This document shows positions 1 to 9,413 of a stretch of 46,983 bases of DNA, one piece after another. The translations under genes and the position numbers were made by a program. Origin of the DNA: Candidatus Tenderia sp. (lineage in GTDB: Bacteria; Pseudomonadota; Gammaproteobacteria; Tenderiales; Tenderiaceae); NCBI GenBank assembly GCA_031416075.1, contig JANOSY010000009.1, positions 1-46,983 on the forward strand. The letters are read 5' to 3'. The number at the start of each line of letters is the position of its first letter. Positions within the stretch are counted from its first letter, which is position 1. The notes below the pieces were generated by a model that worked only from the letters and a program-made list of their open reading frames with translations, made no database searches and was not told the origin of the DNA.

Positions 1-109
<109 letters not shown>

Positions 110-139
<30 letters not shown>

Positions 140-1006
140 CTCTCCAATCTGCTCGCCCATCTGCACAGCCTGTTCGCTGTGCAAGCCTGTCTTCCATGCC
201 ATCTGCCGGTTGGCAAACAGTAAAATGACTGTTGATCCCATATTGAAACGTCCCATTTCGGCCCCTTTTTCCAGCTTGATATGGGGCAGTGTGGTGGTGG
301 TGCTGTAATCCCAGTGTTGAAAGTGGCGGAACGTCCGGTTGCCAAAGTTTTCTGTCCAGACGGTTTCAATCCCCGCCACAAAAATGGCACCCACCAGAAT
401 TACGGCCATGGGACCGAACTCGGTCTCAAACAGTGTGACCAGCCGTTCGTTGCGGGCAAATAGTCCGGGGATGGCACGAGTGGTGGCAGGGCTGACGCTG
501 AAAAGCCGGCCTGGAATGTAGAGCATCTCTTTGAGTGTGCCGGTGAGTGGCATATGGATGCGGTGATAGTCACGGGGTGAGAGGTAAATGGTGGCAAACT
601 CGCCGTCTGCAAACAGGTCGTGCAGGGAACGCTGTCCACCTAGAAGCGCCATCAAACTGTAGTCATGTCCCTTGGCCTGGAAGATACGGCTATTCTCGAT
701 GCTTCCTAACTGGCTGATGGTGCCATCGACCGGTGAGGCGATGTCGTTGATGCCAGCTGCGATGGGACGGGCCTCCGGGCGCAGCGCACGGGTAAAAAAG
801 CTGTTGAAGTGTGGGTAGGCATTCAGGTCTTGCTCCTGTGCCAGTGTGATGTCGATGTTGAAGCGGTTGCTGATCAGCCTGATCATGGCATTTTTGAAGG
901 GGCGCCACTCGATACGCATGATGTAGTACATCAATCGGGAGAGCAGGTGGTGTGGCAGTGGGTGCTGGATCAGGGCCTGGAGGCGGTCGCGCAGTGACAA
1001 TGACAT
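110..1006 (-). CDS. psd: Phosphatidylserine decarboxylase proenzyme
   Basis: Motifs FNSFFTRAL, SPVDG, YLSPRDYHRIHMP and ARNER, plus the autocleavage motif RFNMGSTVILLF. Start placed at MSLSLRD (1006). The last 9 codons come from the IS end. Confidence 0.95.
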
Positions 1007-1093
1007 AAGTTCTCTGGGTTGCATGCTGTTGGGCTGGCGTATGCTACCGTAAAATGGGTGTAAATCCATAATCAAGATTTGGGTGGTGAGGTG

Positions 1094-1579
1094 ATGGAGC
1101 TGATAACACTGGCGCAGTCGGTAGGGGGGGCGTTGCAGCAGAGGGGATTGATGCTGGCGACGGCCGAGTCGTGTACCGGGGGTTGGGTGGCGCAGGTAAT
1201 GACGGCGCTGCCGGGCAGTTCACGCTGGTTTGAGCGTGGTTTTGTCACCTATAGCAATGCGTCCAAGTGCGAGATGCTGGGGGTGAGTGCAGTGACGTTG
1301 GCGCAACACGGCGCGGTCAGCGAGGCGGTGGTTGAGCAGATGGTGCTGGGGGCATTGCGCCACAGCCGTGCTCAGGTGGCGCTGGCCATCAGTGGGATCG
1401 CCGGTCCGGAGGGTGGCTCGCTGGAGAAACCGGTGGGTACACTTTGCCTGGCTTGGGGGGTGAAAGATGGTGCCGTCATCACGCGCCGTGTGCAGCAGCC
1501 TGGTGGGCGCGAGGCGGTGCGGCAGGTTGCGGTACAGCTTGCGTTGGAGGGGGTGTTGGCACTGCTGCAAGATGGGTGA
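1094..1579 (+). CDS. pncC: Nicotinamide-mononucleotide deamidase (CinA C-terminal family)
   Basis: ATAESCTGG, GSSRWFERGFVTYSN and SGIAGPEGG motifs; typical position before recA. Start is uncertain (1079 or 1094). Confidence 0.92.
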   Translation: MELITLAQSVGGALQQRGLMLATAESCTGGWVAQVMTALPGSSRWFERGFVTYSNASKCEMLGVSAVTLAQHGAVSEAVVEQMVLGALRHSRAQVALAISGIAGPEGGSLEKPVGTLCLAWGVKDGAVITRRVQQPGGREAVRQVAVQLALEGVLALLQDG

Positions 1580-1718
1580 CGGCAGCGCCGGTTTGTCTGC
1601 CCATTCACGGTGGGAGAAGGGCTAGGCCAGCTGTAACTATCTATGTGATAATGCCCGCCAGTGGATTCGGCCTCTGGCTGAATCGGATGTTTTAAGTCAG
1701 TTAACGAGGAAAATCCCA

Positions 1719-2774
1719 ATGGATGATAACAAGCGTAAGGCGTTGAGTGCGGCGCTGGGCCAGATTGAGCGTCAGTTTGGTAAAGGCTCCATCATGCGCT
1801 TGGGCGATGAGGGTGCACAACGGGATATCGATGTGATATCAACAGGTTCCTTGGGTCTGGATATCGCGCTGGGTATTGGTGGTCTGCCCCGTGGCCGTAT
1901 TATTGAAATCTATGGCCCGGAGTCATCGGGTAAAACGACGTTGACACTGCAGGTGATTGCCGAAGCACAAAAGCTGGGCGGCACGGCTGCGTTTGTCGAT
2001 GCGGAGCATGCGCTGGATCCGAACTATGCGGCTAAGCTGGGCATTAATATTGATGACCTGCTGGTCTCCCAGCCGGATACCGGTGAGCAGGCGCTGGAGA
2101 TCACCGACATGCTGGTCCGTTCCGGCGCGGTTGATGTGGTGGTGATTGACTCGGTTGCCGCGTTAACACCCAAGGCTGAAATTGAAGGCGATATGGGTGA
2201 TTCCCACATGGGGTTGCAGGCGCGCCTGATGTCTCAGGCGTTGCGTAAATTGACAGCTAACATTAAACGTTCAAATACGCTGGTGATCTTTATTAACCAG
2301 ATTCGTATGAAAATCGGTGTGATGTTTGGTAGCCCAGAGACCACGACTGGTGGGAATGCCCTTAAGTTTTACTCCTCTGTGCGTCTGGATATCCGTCGTA
2401 TCGGTGCCATCAAGAAGGGTGATGAGGTGGTGGGCAGTGAGACCCGTGTCAAGGTCGTTAAAAACAAGGTTGCGCCGCCCTTCAAACAGACCGAATTTGA
2501 CATCCTCTATGGTGAAGGTGTCTCCCGCGAGGGGGAGGTGATCGATCTGGGGGTTAAAGAGGGGATTGTGGATAAATCCGGTGCCTGGTACAGCTATGAT
2601 GGTACCCGTATTGGTCAGGGCAAGGATAACGTACGCGCCTATCTTAAAGAGAATCCTGTGATGGCCAAAGAGATTGAAGCTAAAATTCGCGACAAGCTGT
2701 TGGTTGCCGTAGTGGCCCCAAGTGTCGCGAATGAGACTGAGACTGAGACTGAGGTTGAGGCTGAAGAGGCCTGA
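1719..2774 (+). CDS. recA: Recombinase RecA
   Basis: Walker [47 protein letters not shown]; GAGGA ribosome-binding site. Confidence 0.99.
   Translation: MDDNKRKALSAALGQIERQFGKGSIMRLGDEGAQRDIDVISTGSLGLDIALGIGGLPRGRIIEIYGPESSGKTTLTLQVIAEAQKLGGTAAFVDAEHALDPNYAAKLGINIDDLLVSQPDTGEQALEITDMLVRSGAVDVVVIDSVAALTPKAEIEGDMGDSHMGLQARLMSQALRKLTANIKRSNTLVIFINQIRMKIGVMFGSPETTTGGNALKFYSSVRLDIRRIGAIKKGDEVVGSETRVKVVKNKVAPPFKQTEFDILYGEGVSREGEVIDLGVKEGIVDKSGAWYSYDGTRIGQGKDNVRAYLKENPVMAKEIEAKIRDKLLVAVVAPSVANETETETEVEAEEA
2733..2750 (+). repeat. In-frame (GAGACT)3 hexamer repeat in the acidic tail of RecA
   Basis: GAGACT x3 followed by degenerate GAGGTT GAGGCT, encoding [10 protein letters not shown]. Confidence 0.8.
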
Positions 2775-2783
2775 TCAGTTTGA

Positions 2784-3239
2784 ATGGCTGAGCGTGGGTT
2801 AAAAGAGTGCCGGGTAACAGCGATGAATCTGCTGGCCCGGCGTGAGCACTCCAGTCGTGAATTGCGTCAGAAACTACTCTCTCGTGGATATGAAGCTGAG
2901 GTGGTGGAGGTAGCATTGACTGCCTTGACCAGAGAGCGACTGCTCTCTGACGAACGGTTTGTGGAGAGTTTTGTACGCTCTAAGATCAGTGGCGGCCTTG
3001 GGCCGCTACGGCTACGTCAGGCGTTGCGCGATCACGATATCAGTAGTGATGTGATTGAGGCTTCGCTGCAGGGCCAGCCATGGTTACGGTTGGCAGCGGA
3101 GGTGCGGCAGAAGCGTTTTGGTGATGCACTGCCCGAAAGATATGAAGAGCGCGCCAAGCAGATGCGCTTTTTGCAATATCGCGGTTTTAGTACTGAGCAG
3201 ATCAGTGGCGCGATGAAACAACAGGATGAGTGGGAATAG
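2784..3239 (+). CDS. recX: Regulatory protein RecX
   Basis: [19 protein letters not shown] and RFLQYRGFS motifs; directly after recA. Confidence 0.95.
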   Translation: MAERGLKECRVTAMNLLARREHSSRELRQKLLSRGYEAEVVEVALTALTRERLLSDERFVESFVRSKISGGLGPLRLRQALRDHDISSDVIEASLQGQPWLRLAAEVRQKRFGDALPERYEERAKQMRFLQYRGFSTEQISGAMKQQDEWE

Positions 3240-3247
3240 AGATCAAA

Positions 3248-5872
3248 ATGAAGAGTGCAGAGATTCGCCAAGCCTTTCTGGAGTATTTTCAGACACGGGG
3301 TCATGAAATTGTTGCCAGTAGCTCGCTGGTGCCGGGCAATGATCCAACCCTGCTCTTTACCAACGCCGGCATGGTGCAGTTTAAGGATACTTTTCTGGGG
3401 TTGGAGCCACGGGCTTACAACCGCGCCACTAGCTCCCAGCGTTGTGTGCGTGCCGGTGGCAAACACAACGATCTGGAGAACGTCGGCTACACTGCCCGCC
3501 ACCACACATTTTTTGAGATGTTGGGCAACTTCAGCTTTGGTGACTACTTCAAACGTGAGGCGATTCAGTTTGCCTGGCAGTTCCTTACTCAGGAGCTGAA
3601 ATTACCGGCGGAGAAGCTTTGGGTCACCGTCTATGCAGATGATACCGAAGCTGCAGATATTTGGATCAAAGAGATCGGTGTTGACGCCAATCGACTTAGC
3701 CGTATTGGCGACAAGCCGAGTGGCAAACGTTACGACAGCGATAACTTCTGGTCCATGGGTGATACCGGCCCCTGCGGCCCCTGCACCGAAATTTTCTATG
3801 ACCATGGCCCTGATGTGGCCGGCGGCCCGCCCGGCACCCCCGACGAGGATGGTGACCGTTATATCGAGATCTGGAATCTGGTCTTTATGCAGTACAACCG
3901 CAGTGCTGATGGTGCCATGGCCCCGCTGCCCAAACCTTCCGTTGATACCGGCATGGGCATGGAGCGCCTGGCAGCGGTGTTGCAGGGTGTACACAGCAAC
4001 TACGAGATTGATCTGTTCCAGGCGCTGATCAAGGCCGCCGCCAAAGCGACCAATAGCAGCGATCTGCATAACAACTCACTCAAGGTGATTGCCGACCATA
4101 TCCGCTCCTGCTCATTCCTGATTGTGGATGGTGTGCTGCCCTCCAATGAAGGGCGTGGTTATGTGCTGCGTCGCATCATCCGCCGCGCCATTCGCCACGG
4201 TTATAAGCTTGGCATGGACCAGCCGTTTTTCCATCAGCTGGTGGCAACGCTGGTGCAGGAGATGGGGGCCGCCTATCCTGAACTGGCCAAGGCGCAGGCG
4301 CAGGTGGAGAAAATATTACGTCTGGAGGAGGAGCGTTTTGCCGAGACCCTGGATCAGGGCATGAAGATCCTTGAAGAGGATATCGCCAGCCTGATGGGTA
4401 AAGAGATCCCCGGTGCTACACTTTTTAAACTCTACGATACCTATGGTTTTCCTGCTGACCTGACGGCTGATATTGCCCGTGAGCGAGGGTTGACTATTGA
4501 CCAGGATGGTTTTGACAAAGAGATGCAGGCGCAACGTGAACGCGCCCGTGCCGCCAGTAATTTTGGTGCTGCCTATGTCACCAAAATTGATATTGATGCC
4601 GAGTGTGAATTTACCGGTTACGAACAGCTCGTTGTCGAGGCTGAGGTGGTAGCACTGTTTGCAGGCGATAGCGCGGTTGAGAGACTGGCTGTCGGCCAGC
4701 AAGGAATGGTGATACTGGCACAGACCCCTTTCTATGCTGAGTCGGGCGGGCAAGTGGGGGACCAGGGGCGGTTGATTGCCAGCGGTGTGGTGTTTGACGT
4801 CGCCGATACCCAAAAACAGGGACGCGGCCTGAATGCCCATATTGGTAAGGTGAGTCGCGGTACTATCAAATTGGGTGACAAACTGCAGGCTGAGGTTGAT
4901 GTGGCGCGGCGTCAGGCGATTGTGATTAATCACTCTGCCACCCATCTATTACATGCAGCATTGCGCCAGGTACTGGGTGACCACGTCACCCAAAAAGGGT
5001 CGCTGGTAAAACCTGACAGTCTCCGCTTTGACTTCGCCCATTTTGAAGCAGTGACGGCAGATGAGTTGCAGCAGGTTGAGCAGCTAGTGAACCAGCAGAT
5101 TCGCGCTAACAACGCAGTGGTCACCCGGTTGATGAATTACGATCAGGCGGTTGAGGTCGGTGCCATGGCGCTCTTTGGTGAAAAGTATGGTGACGAAGTG
5201 CGGGTACTGAGCATCGGTGATTTTTCAACGGAGCTGTGTGGTGGTACCCACGCCCAACGTGCCGGTGACATCGGTCTGTTTAAGATTGTGATGGAGGCGG
5301 GGACCGCTGCAGGCGTGCGCCGTATCGAGGCGCTGACCGGGGCAGGGGCGCTTAACCATATCGGTGAAACCGAAAAAAACCTGGGACAGATCGCCGGTCT
5401 GCTGCGTGGCACACGTGATGATGCTGCTACCAAGGTTGGTCAGTTGCTGGAACAGAACCGCAGACTGGAAAAAGAGCTCGACCAGCTCAAGGCCAAGCTG
5501 GCCAGCAGCCAGGGTTCAGATCTGGTAAGCCAAGCCATCGAGATCGGCGGTATTCAGCTGTTGGCGGCCAAGCTTGAAGGGGCCGATGCCAAGGCGCTGC
5601 GGGAGACCGTCGATCAGCTTAAAAATAAACTTGGCTCGGCGGTGGTGATTCTGGCCAGTGTTGTGGATGGCAAAGTGGTGTTGGCGGCGGGTGTCACACA
5701 GGATCAGACGGCGCGCCTGAAGGCCGGTGAGCTGGTGAATCACGTTGCTTTACAGGTGGGTGGCAAGGGCGGTGGTCGTCCCGACATGGCACAAGCCGGC
5801 GGCACCAATCCAGCGGCGCTGGATGCAGCCTTGGCCTCGGTTGAGACATGGATGCGTGAAAAAATCAGCTAA
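3248..5872 (+). CDS. alaS: Alanine--tRNA ligase
   Basis: [30 protein letters not shown], editing motifs HSATH and [22 protein letters not shown]. Start at MKSAEIR. Confidence 0.99.
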   Translation: MKSAEIRQAFLEYFQTRGHEIVASSSLVPGNDPTLLFTNAGMVQFKDTFLGLEPRAYNRATSSQRCVRAGGKHNDLENVGYTARHHTFFEMLGNFSFGDYFKREAIQFAWQFLTQELKLPAEKLWVTVYADDTEAADIWIKEIGVDANRLSRIGDKPSGKRYDSDNFWSMGDTGPCGPCTEIFYDHGPDVAGGPPGTPDEDGDRYIEIWNLVFMQYNRSADGAMAPLPKPSVDTGMGMERLAAVLQGVHSNYEIDLFQALIKAAAKATNSSDLHNNSLKVIADHIRSCSFLIVDGVLPSNEGRGYVLRRIIRRAIRHGYKLGMDQPFFHQLVATLVQEMGAAYPELAKAQAQVEKILRLEEERFAETLDQGMKILEEDIASLMGKEIPGATLFKLYDTYGFPADLTADIARERGLTIDQDGFDKEMQAQRERARAASNFGAAYVTKIDIDAECEFTGYEQLVVEAEVVALFAGDSAVERLAVGQQGMVILAQTPFYAESGGQVGDQGRLIASGVVFDVADTQKQGRGLNAHIGKVSRGTIKLGDKLQAEVDVARRQAIVINHSATHLLHAALRQVLGDHVTQKGSLVKPDSLRFDFAHFEAVTADELQQVEQLVNQQIRANNAVVTRLMNYDQAVEVGAMALFGEKYGDEVRVLSIGDFSTELCGGTHAQRAGDIGLFKIVMEAGTAAGVRRIEALTGAGALNHIGETEKNLGQIAGLLRGTRDDAATKVGQLLEQNRRLEKELDQLKAKLASSQGSDLVSQAIEIGGIQLLAAKLEGADAKALRETVDQLKNKLGSAVVILASVVDGKVVLAAGVTQDQTARLKAGELVNHVALQVGGKGGGRPDMAQAGGTNPAALDAALASVETWMREKIS

Positions 5873-5945
5873 TTTTCCAAGGGTTGGGTGCATTTAAGCA
5901 TTTGTTAAAGTACTATTCCTAATATTCATCTGGAAGCAGGGTTAT

Positions 5946-7169
5946 ATGGCGTTAATCGTACAGAAATATGGTGGCACCTCGGTTGGCAATGTTGAACGAA
6001 TTGGCAATGTCGCTACCAAAGTGAAAGGCTGGCGTGACCAGGGGCACGATGTGATCGTTGTTGTCTCGGCCATGAGTGGTGAGACCAATCGTCTGGTAGA
6101 GCTGGCCAAGGCGACCCAGGAGACCCCGTCACCACGTGAGCTGGACGTGCTGTTGTCAACCGGTGAACAGGTCACCATCGCCCTGCTGGCCATGGCATTG
6201 GAGGCGCGTGGCTGTCCGGCCCGCTCCTATACAGGCTCTCAGGTCCATATTCGTACTGATAGTGCCTTTAATAAGGCGCGCATACTGGATATTGATAACC
6301 AACATGTTCGTGCCGACCTGGCACAAGGCCGGGTTGTTATCGTTGCCGGTTTTCAAGGCATTGATGAGGCGGGGAACATCACCACGCTGGGGCGTGGTGG
6401 CTCTGATACTACCGCCGTTGCACTGGCGGCGGCACTAAAGGCGGATGAGTGTCAAATCTATACCGACGTGGATGGTGTCTATACTACTGATCCACGGGTA
6501 GTGCCTGAAGCGCGTCGTCTTGAGCGTATTACTTTTGAGGCAATGCTTGAAATGGCCAGTTTAGGCTCCAAAGTACTGCAGATCCGCTCGGTTGAATTTG
6601 CCGGTAAATATAATGTACCCCTGCGGGTGCTCTCCAGTTTTGAAGAGGGTGAAGGCACCCTGATTACCTACGAGGAAGAGGGAATGGAAGAAGCGCTGAT
6701 TTCCGGAATCGCCTTTAATCGCGACGAGGCTAAATTAACGATTGTAGGTGTGCCTGATCAGCCAGGTGTGGCTTATAAGATTTTGGGCCCCATTGGTGAT
6801 GCCAACATCGAGATTGACATGATTATTCAAAATGTTGGTGTTGATGGCAGTACCGATTTTACCTTTACGGTGCACCGTAATGATTACAAAAAAGCGTTAG
6901 AGATTTTACAAAACAGCTCAATTGAACTGGGTGCACGTGAAGTCTCTGGCGATAACAAGATCGTTAAAATATCGTTGGTGGGTGTTGGGATGCGTTCTCA
7001 TGCGGGTATTGCCAGCACTATGTTTGGCACGTTGGCCAAAGAGGGGATCAATATTCGTATGATCTCCACTTCAGAGATAAAAATTTCTGTTGTTGTTGAC
7101 GAAAAGTATCTTGAACTGGGTGTAAGGGCGTTACACAGCGCCTTTGGACTGGATCAGGAAAGACCGTAA
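5946..7169 (+). CDS. lysC: Aspartate kinase (two ACT domains)
   Basis: [18 protein letters not shown] and [11 protein letters not shown] motifs; conserved alaS-ask-csrA order. Confidence 0.97.
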   Translation: MALIVQKYGGTSVGNVERIGNVATKVKGWRDQGHDVIVVVSAMSGETNRLVELAKATQETPSPRELDVLLSTGEQVTIALLAMALEARGCPARSYTGSQVHIRTDSAFNKARILDIDNQHVRADLAQGRVVIVAGFQGIDEAGNITTLGRGGSDTTAVALAAALKADECQIYTDVDGVYTTDPRVVPEARRLERITFEAMLEMASLGSKVLQIRSVEFAGKYNVPLRVLSSFEEGEGTLITYEEEGMEEALISGIAFNRDEAKLTIVGVPDQPGVAYKILGPIGDANIEIDMIIQNVGVDGSTDFTFTVHRNDYKKALEILQNSSIELGAREVSGDNKIVKISLVGVGMRSHAGIASTMFGTLAKEGINIRMISTSEIKISVVVDEKYLELGVRALHSAFGLDQERP

Positions 7170-7368
7170 AATCATTGCGTTGCAGGTGTGGAACAGATCA
7201 TATAAGCGCTGTTTTCACCTGATAATATGCAGGCTATTGAAAATTTAGCTTTTTCTTTAGTTCTTCTTCCTCTTGTCGATAAGGTAAACAAGACAGGTGG
7301 AGAGCAGTCGGCCAAATGTTTTGCTTGGCTATAGGAGCCTGTGTGTTTGCGAGAACAAGGAGATCGCT

Positions 7369-7587
7369 ATGTTGATATTGACCCGTCGTGTGGGTGAAAC
7401 ACTGATAATTGGCGACAATGTTTCGGTGACAGTGTTAGGTGTTAAAGGGAACCAAGTTCGGTTGGGAGTGAATGCACCGAAGGATGTATCTGTTCATCGT
7501 GAAGAGATTTATCAGCGCATTCAGCAGGAGAAGGAAGGAGGTGATGTTTCCGTTGGTGGTAGTGGTGAACAGCTGTCAGAAGAGTGA
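7369..7587 (+). CDS. csrA: Carbon storage regulator CsrA/RsmA with an acidic tail
   Basis: [12 protein letters not shown]...[11 protein letters not shown]; AAGGAG ribosome-binding site at 7357-7362. Confidence 0.98.
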   Translation: MLILTRRVGETLIIGDNVSVTVLGVKGNQVRLGVNAPKDVSVHREEIYQRIQQEKEGGDVSVGGSGEQLSEE

Positions 7588-7733
7588 TTGTCTGCTTTTC
7601 CCTCAAAAAGTACTTTACCAATCAATCAAGTATAGGTATTCTTAGCCCCGCAAAACAAAGAGGGTGTCTGGCTCTTTTTGCAAAATCATAATGCTGGTTT
7701 TGTAGAAGAGTGCGTTATAATGGGCCCCATCAT

Positions 7734-7826
7734 GGAGAGATGGCCGAGTGGCCGAAGGCGCTCCCCTGCTAAGGGAGTATATGCTTAAAAGGCGTATCGA
7801 GGGTTCGACTCCCTCTCTCTCCGCCA
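7734..7826 (+). tRNA. tRNA-Ser(GCT)
   Basis: GGAGAGA/TCTCTCC acceptor stem, CTCCC-CT-GCT-AA-GGGAG anticodon arm, long variable arm, GGTTCGACTCC, encoded CCA. TATAAT lies at 7716-7721. Confidence 0.97.
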
Positions 7827-7838
7827 TATAAATCAGGC

Positions 7839-7867
7839 TTGACACTCATAGTCTGAATCGGGATAAT
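7839..7867 (+). promoter_or_regulatory. Sigma-70 promoter for tRNA-Arg
   Basis: TTGACA (7839-7844), 17-bp spacer, GATAAT (7862-7867), then a GC-rich discriminator CCCCGACC. Confidence 0.75.
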
Positions 7868-7883
7868 CCCCGACCTCAAATCA

Positions 7884-7960
7884 GCGCCCGTAGCTCAGCT
7901 GGATAGAGTACCTGGCTACGAACCAGGCGGTCGTACGTTCGAATCGTGCCGGGCGCACCA
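7884..7960 (+). tRNA. tRNA-Arg(ACG)
   Basis: GCGCCCG/CGGGCGC acceptor stem, TAGCTCAGCTGGATAGAG D arm, CCTGG-CT-ACG-AA-CCAGG, TTCGAAT, CCA; 77 nt. Confidence 0.97.
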
Positions 7961-7971
7961 TATAAAACAGT

Positions 7972-7997
7972 GGCCTACCAGAAATGGTGGGCTTTTT
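7972..7997 (+). terminator. Rho-independent terminator after the tRNA genes
   Basis: GGCCTACCA-GAAA-TGGTGGGCT stem-loop followed by a T run. Confidence 0.85.
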
Positions 7998-8158
7998 GTT
8001 TTTCACGCAGCGAAATTTTTGGCTTCTGCGGATGCAGCGTTCTTCTATATAAGTTGTATTCAAATTCTTGCTTTACCCCTCCCCATGTAAGATGTTTTCT
8101 GATTGTGGATGTTGTGTTATCTGCCTGTATGGTTCGTGGTTGATGTTAGTGTTGGCAT

Positions 8159-8185
8159 TAAAGTTAGCTATTCTGTTGCCGATGT
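8159..8185 (+). promoter_or_regulatory. Sigma-28 (FliA)-type promoter upstream of cheX-cheY
   Basis: TAAAGTTA-N11-GCCGATGT against the consensus TAAAGTTT-N11-GCCGATAA; 30 bp before the ATG at 8215. Confidence 0.75.
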
Positions 8186-8214
8186 TTTCATTACCAAAAA
8201 CACAACGAAGCGTG

Positions 8215-8748
8215 ATGGAATTTATGGAAATACAAGGTGTTCTTCCCGATAATATTCGTAATAAGATACTGTTGCCTTTTGTTGATGAGACGATTGCGAC
8301 TCTGCATACGATGGCTGACCTGGAAGGGAAAAGTGATCTGCTGAGTTATCGTGATCCACTGGATGTTTTTGTTTTTAAAGATTTTGCTGTTTGTATTGCG
8401 GCAAAAACAGCGGGCCGGTTCTCTGGCAAAATAATTATGAATTACGATGTTGAGACGGCTGTTGTTATTGGCAATAGAGTGCGGGCTAAGATGCTGGGGA
8501 CGGTTGAGGAATCTACTGTTCTGAATAATGATGTCCGGGAGGCGTTGGCTGAGTTCTCAAACACAGTGATTGGTCTGGCGACGCGCCATTTCAATGGTAC
8601 CGAATATAAAACAACGTTTGGTACACCGCTGTATCTTTTGAATAAGGAGGATGGCGAGTTTCTGTTGGAGGGTATCAAACAGATATTAACGGTGCCTATT
8701 GATATTGCAGGTGTTGGTCGTTTTTATTTTAGCTATCTGCTTAATTAA
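8215..8748 (+). CDS. cheX: CheX/CheC-family chemotaxis phosphatase
   Basis: N-terminal LPFVDETIATLHTMA and the ExxN motif EALAEFSNTVIGLA...TP; precedes a CheY-like gene. Start is 8215 or 8224, not the track's 8068. Confidence 0.78.
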   Translation: MEFMEIQGVLPDNIRNKILLPFVDETIATLHTMADLEGKSDLLSYRDPLDVFVFKDFAVCIAAKTAGRFSGKIIMNYDVETAVVIGNRVRAKMLGTVEESTVLNNDVREALAEFSNTVIGLATRHFNGTEYKTTFGTPLYLLNKEDGEFLLEGIKQILTVPIDIAGVGRFYFSYLLN

Positions 8749-8762
8749 GTAACAAGGTGTGA

Positions 8763-9149
8763 ATGATGTTAGATAAGAGTGCAAACATACTTGTTGTTGA
8801 TGATACGTTTATTATGCGCGAGTCGCTTAGACGTATCCTGGCAGGCATGGGGTATGACAATGTTATGCAGGCTGAGAATGGCAGAGAGGCGGTAAAGGCG
8901 GTTGAGGATGTCAGCCGTAGGATAGATGTGGTATTTCTTGATATCGTGATGCCTATCATGGATGGGAAAATGGCGTTGAAGAAAATTCGCGAAACAAATA
9001 AAACTGTTTCAGTGGTTATGTTGACTTCAGTGGCTGATAAGGACTCAATCATTGAGTGCAGTAAGCTTGGTATGACGAGTTATATTTTGAAGCCAATTAA
9101 TGCGGTTGAGGGGCCGGATATATTGAAAAGCATATTTAGAAAGCTCTGA
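8763..9149 (+). CDS. Single-domain CheY-like response regulator
   Basis: ILVVDD, phosphoacceptor FLDIVMP, MLTS and YILKP; 128 aa with no output domain. Confidence 0.92.
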   Translation: MMLDKSANILVVDDTFIMRESLRRILAGMGYDNVMQAENGREAVKAVEDVSRRIDVVFLDIVMPIMDGKMALKKIRETNKTVSVVMLTSVADKDSIIECSKLGMTSYILKPINAVEGPDILKSIFRKL

Positions 9150-9413
9150 GTGTCATTTTTGGTCTGATTTTCTCTCCGTTCTCTGTTGTAGGTTTGGCCA
9201 TCGCCCTGCATGGCCATCTGTCTTGATCTTTATGTGTTATCTCCTTGTATGCTGATCGTCGTGCGATTTTAAGGCATGGTGGTTGTTTTGATTTTTCAAA
9301 GTCCCTCATTGTGTGATCTGATTGAGATAGTGGCCTGTCGGCACTATTCTCCGTATGATTCTATTTTATAAGTGGTTCTGTTTCCCCTGTTGCCCGGATA
9401 GAAGGATGCTTTT

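Noticed and set aside
7297-7368. N-terminal extensions given by the ORF track for CsrA (likewise CheX, RnfC/D/E, ApbC and Dcd)
   Set aside because: Family-typical starts lie downstream, several with ribosome-binding sites. The extensions are longest-ORF artefacts.
7884-9400. Genomic island integrated at tRNA-Arg
   Set aside because: No integrase and no duplicated tRNA 3' end were seen, and the native terminator follows the tRNA directly.
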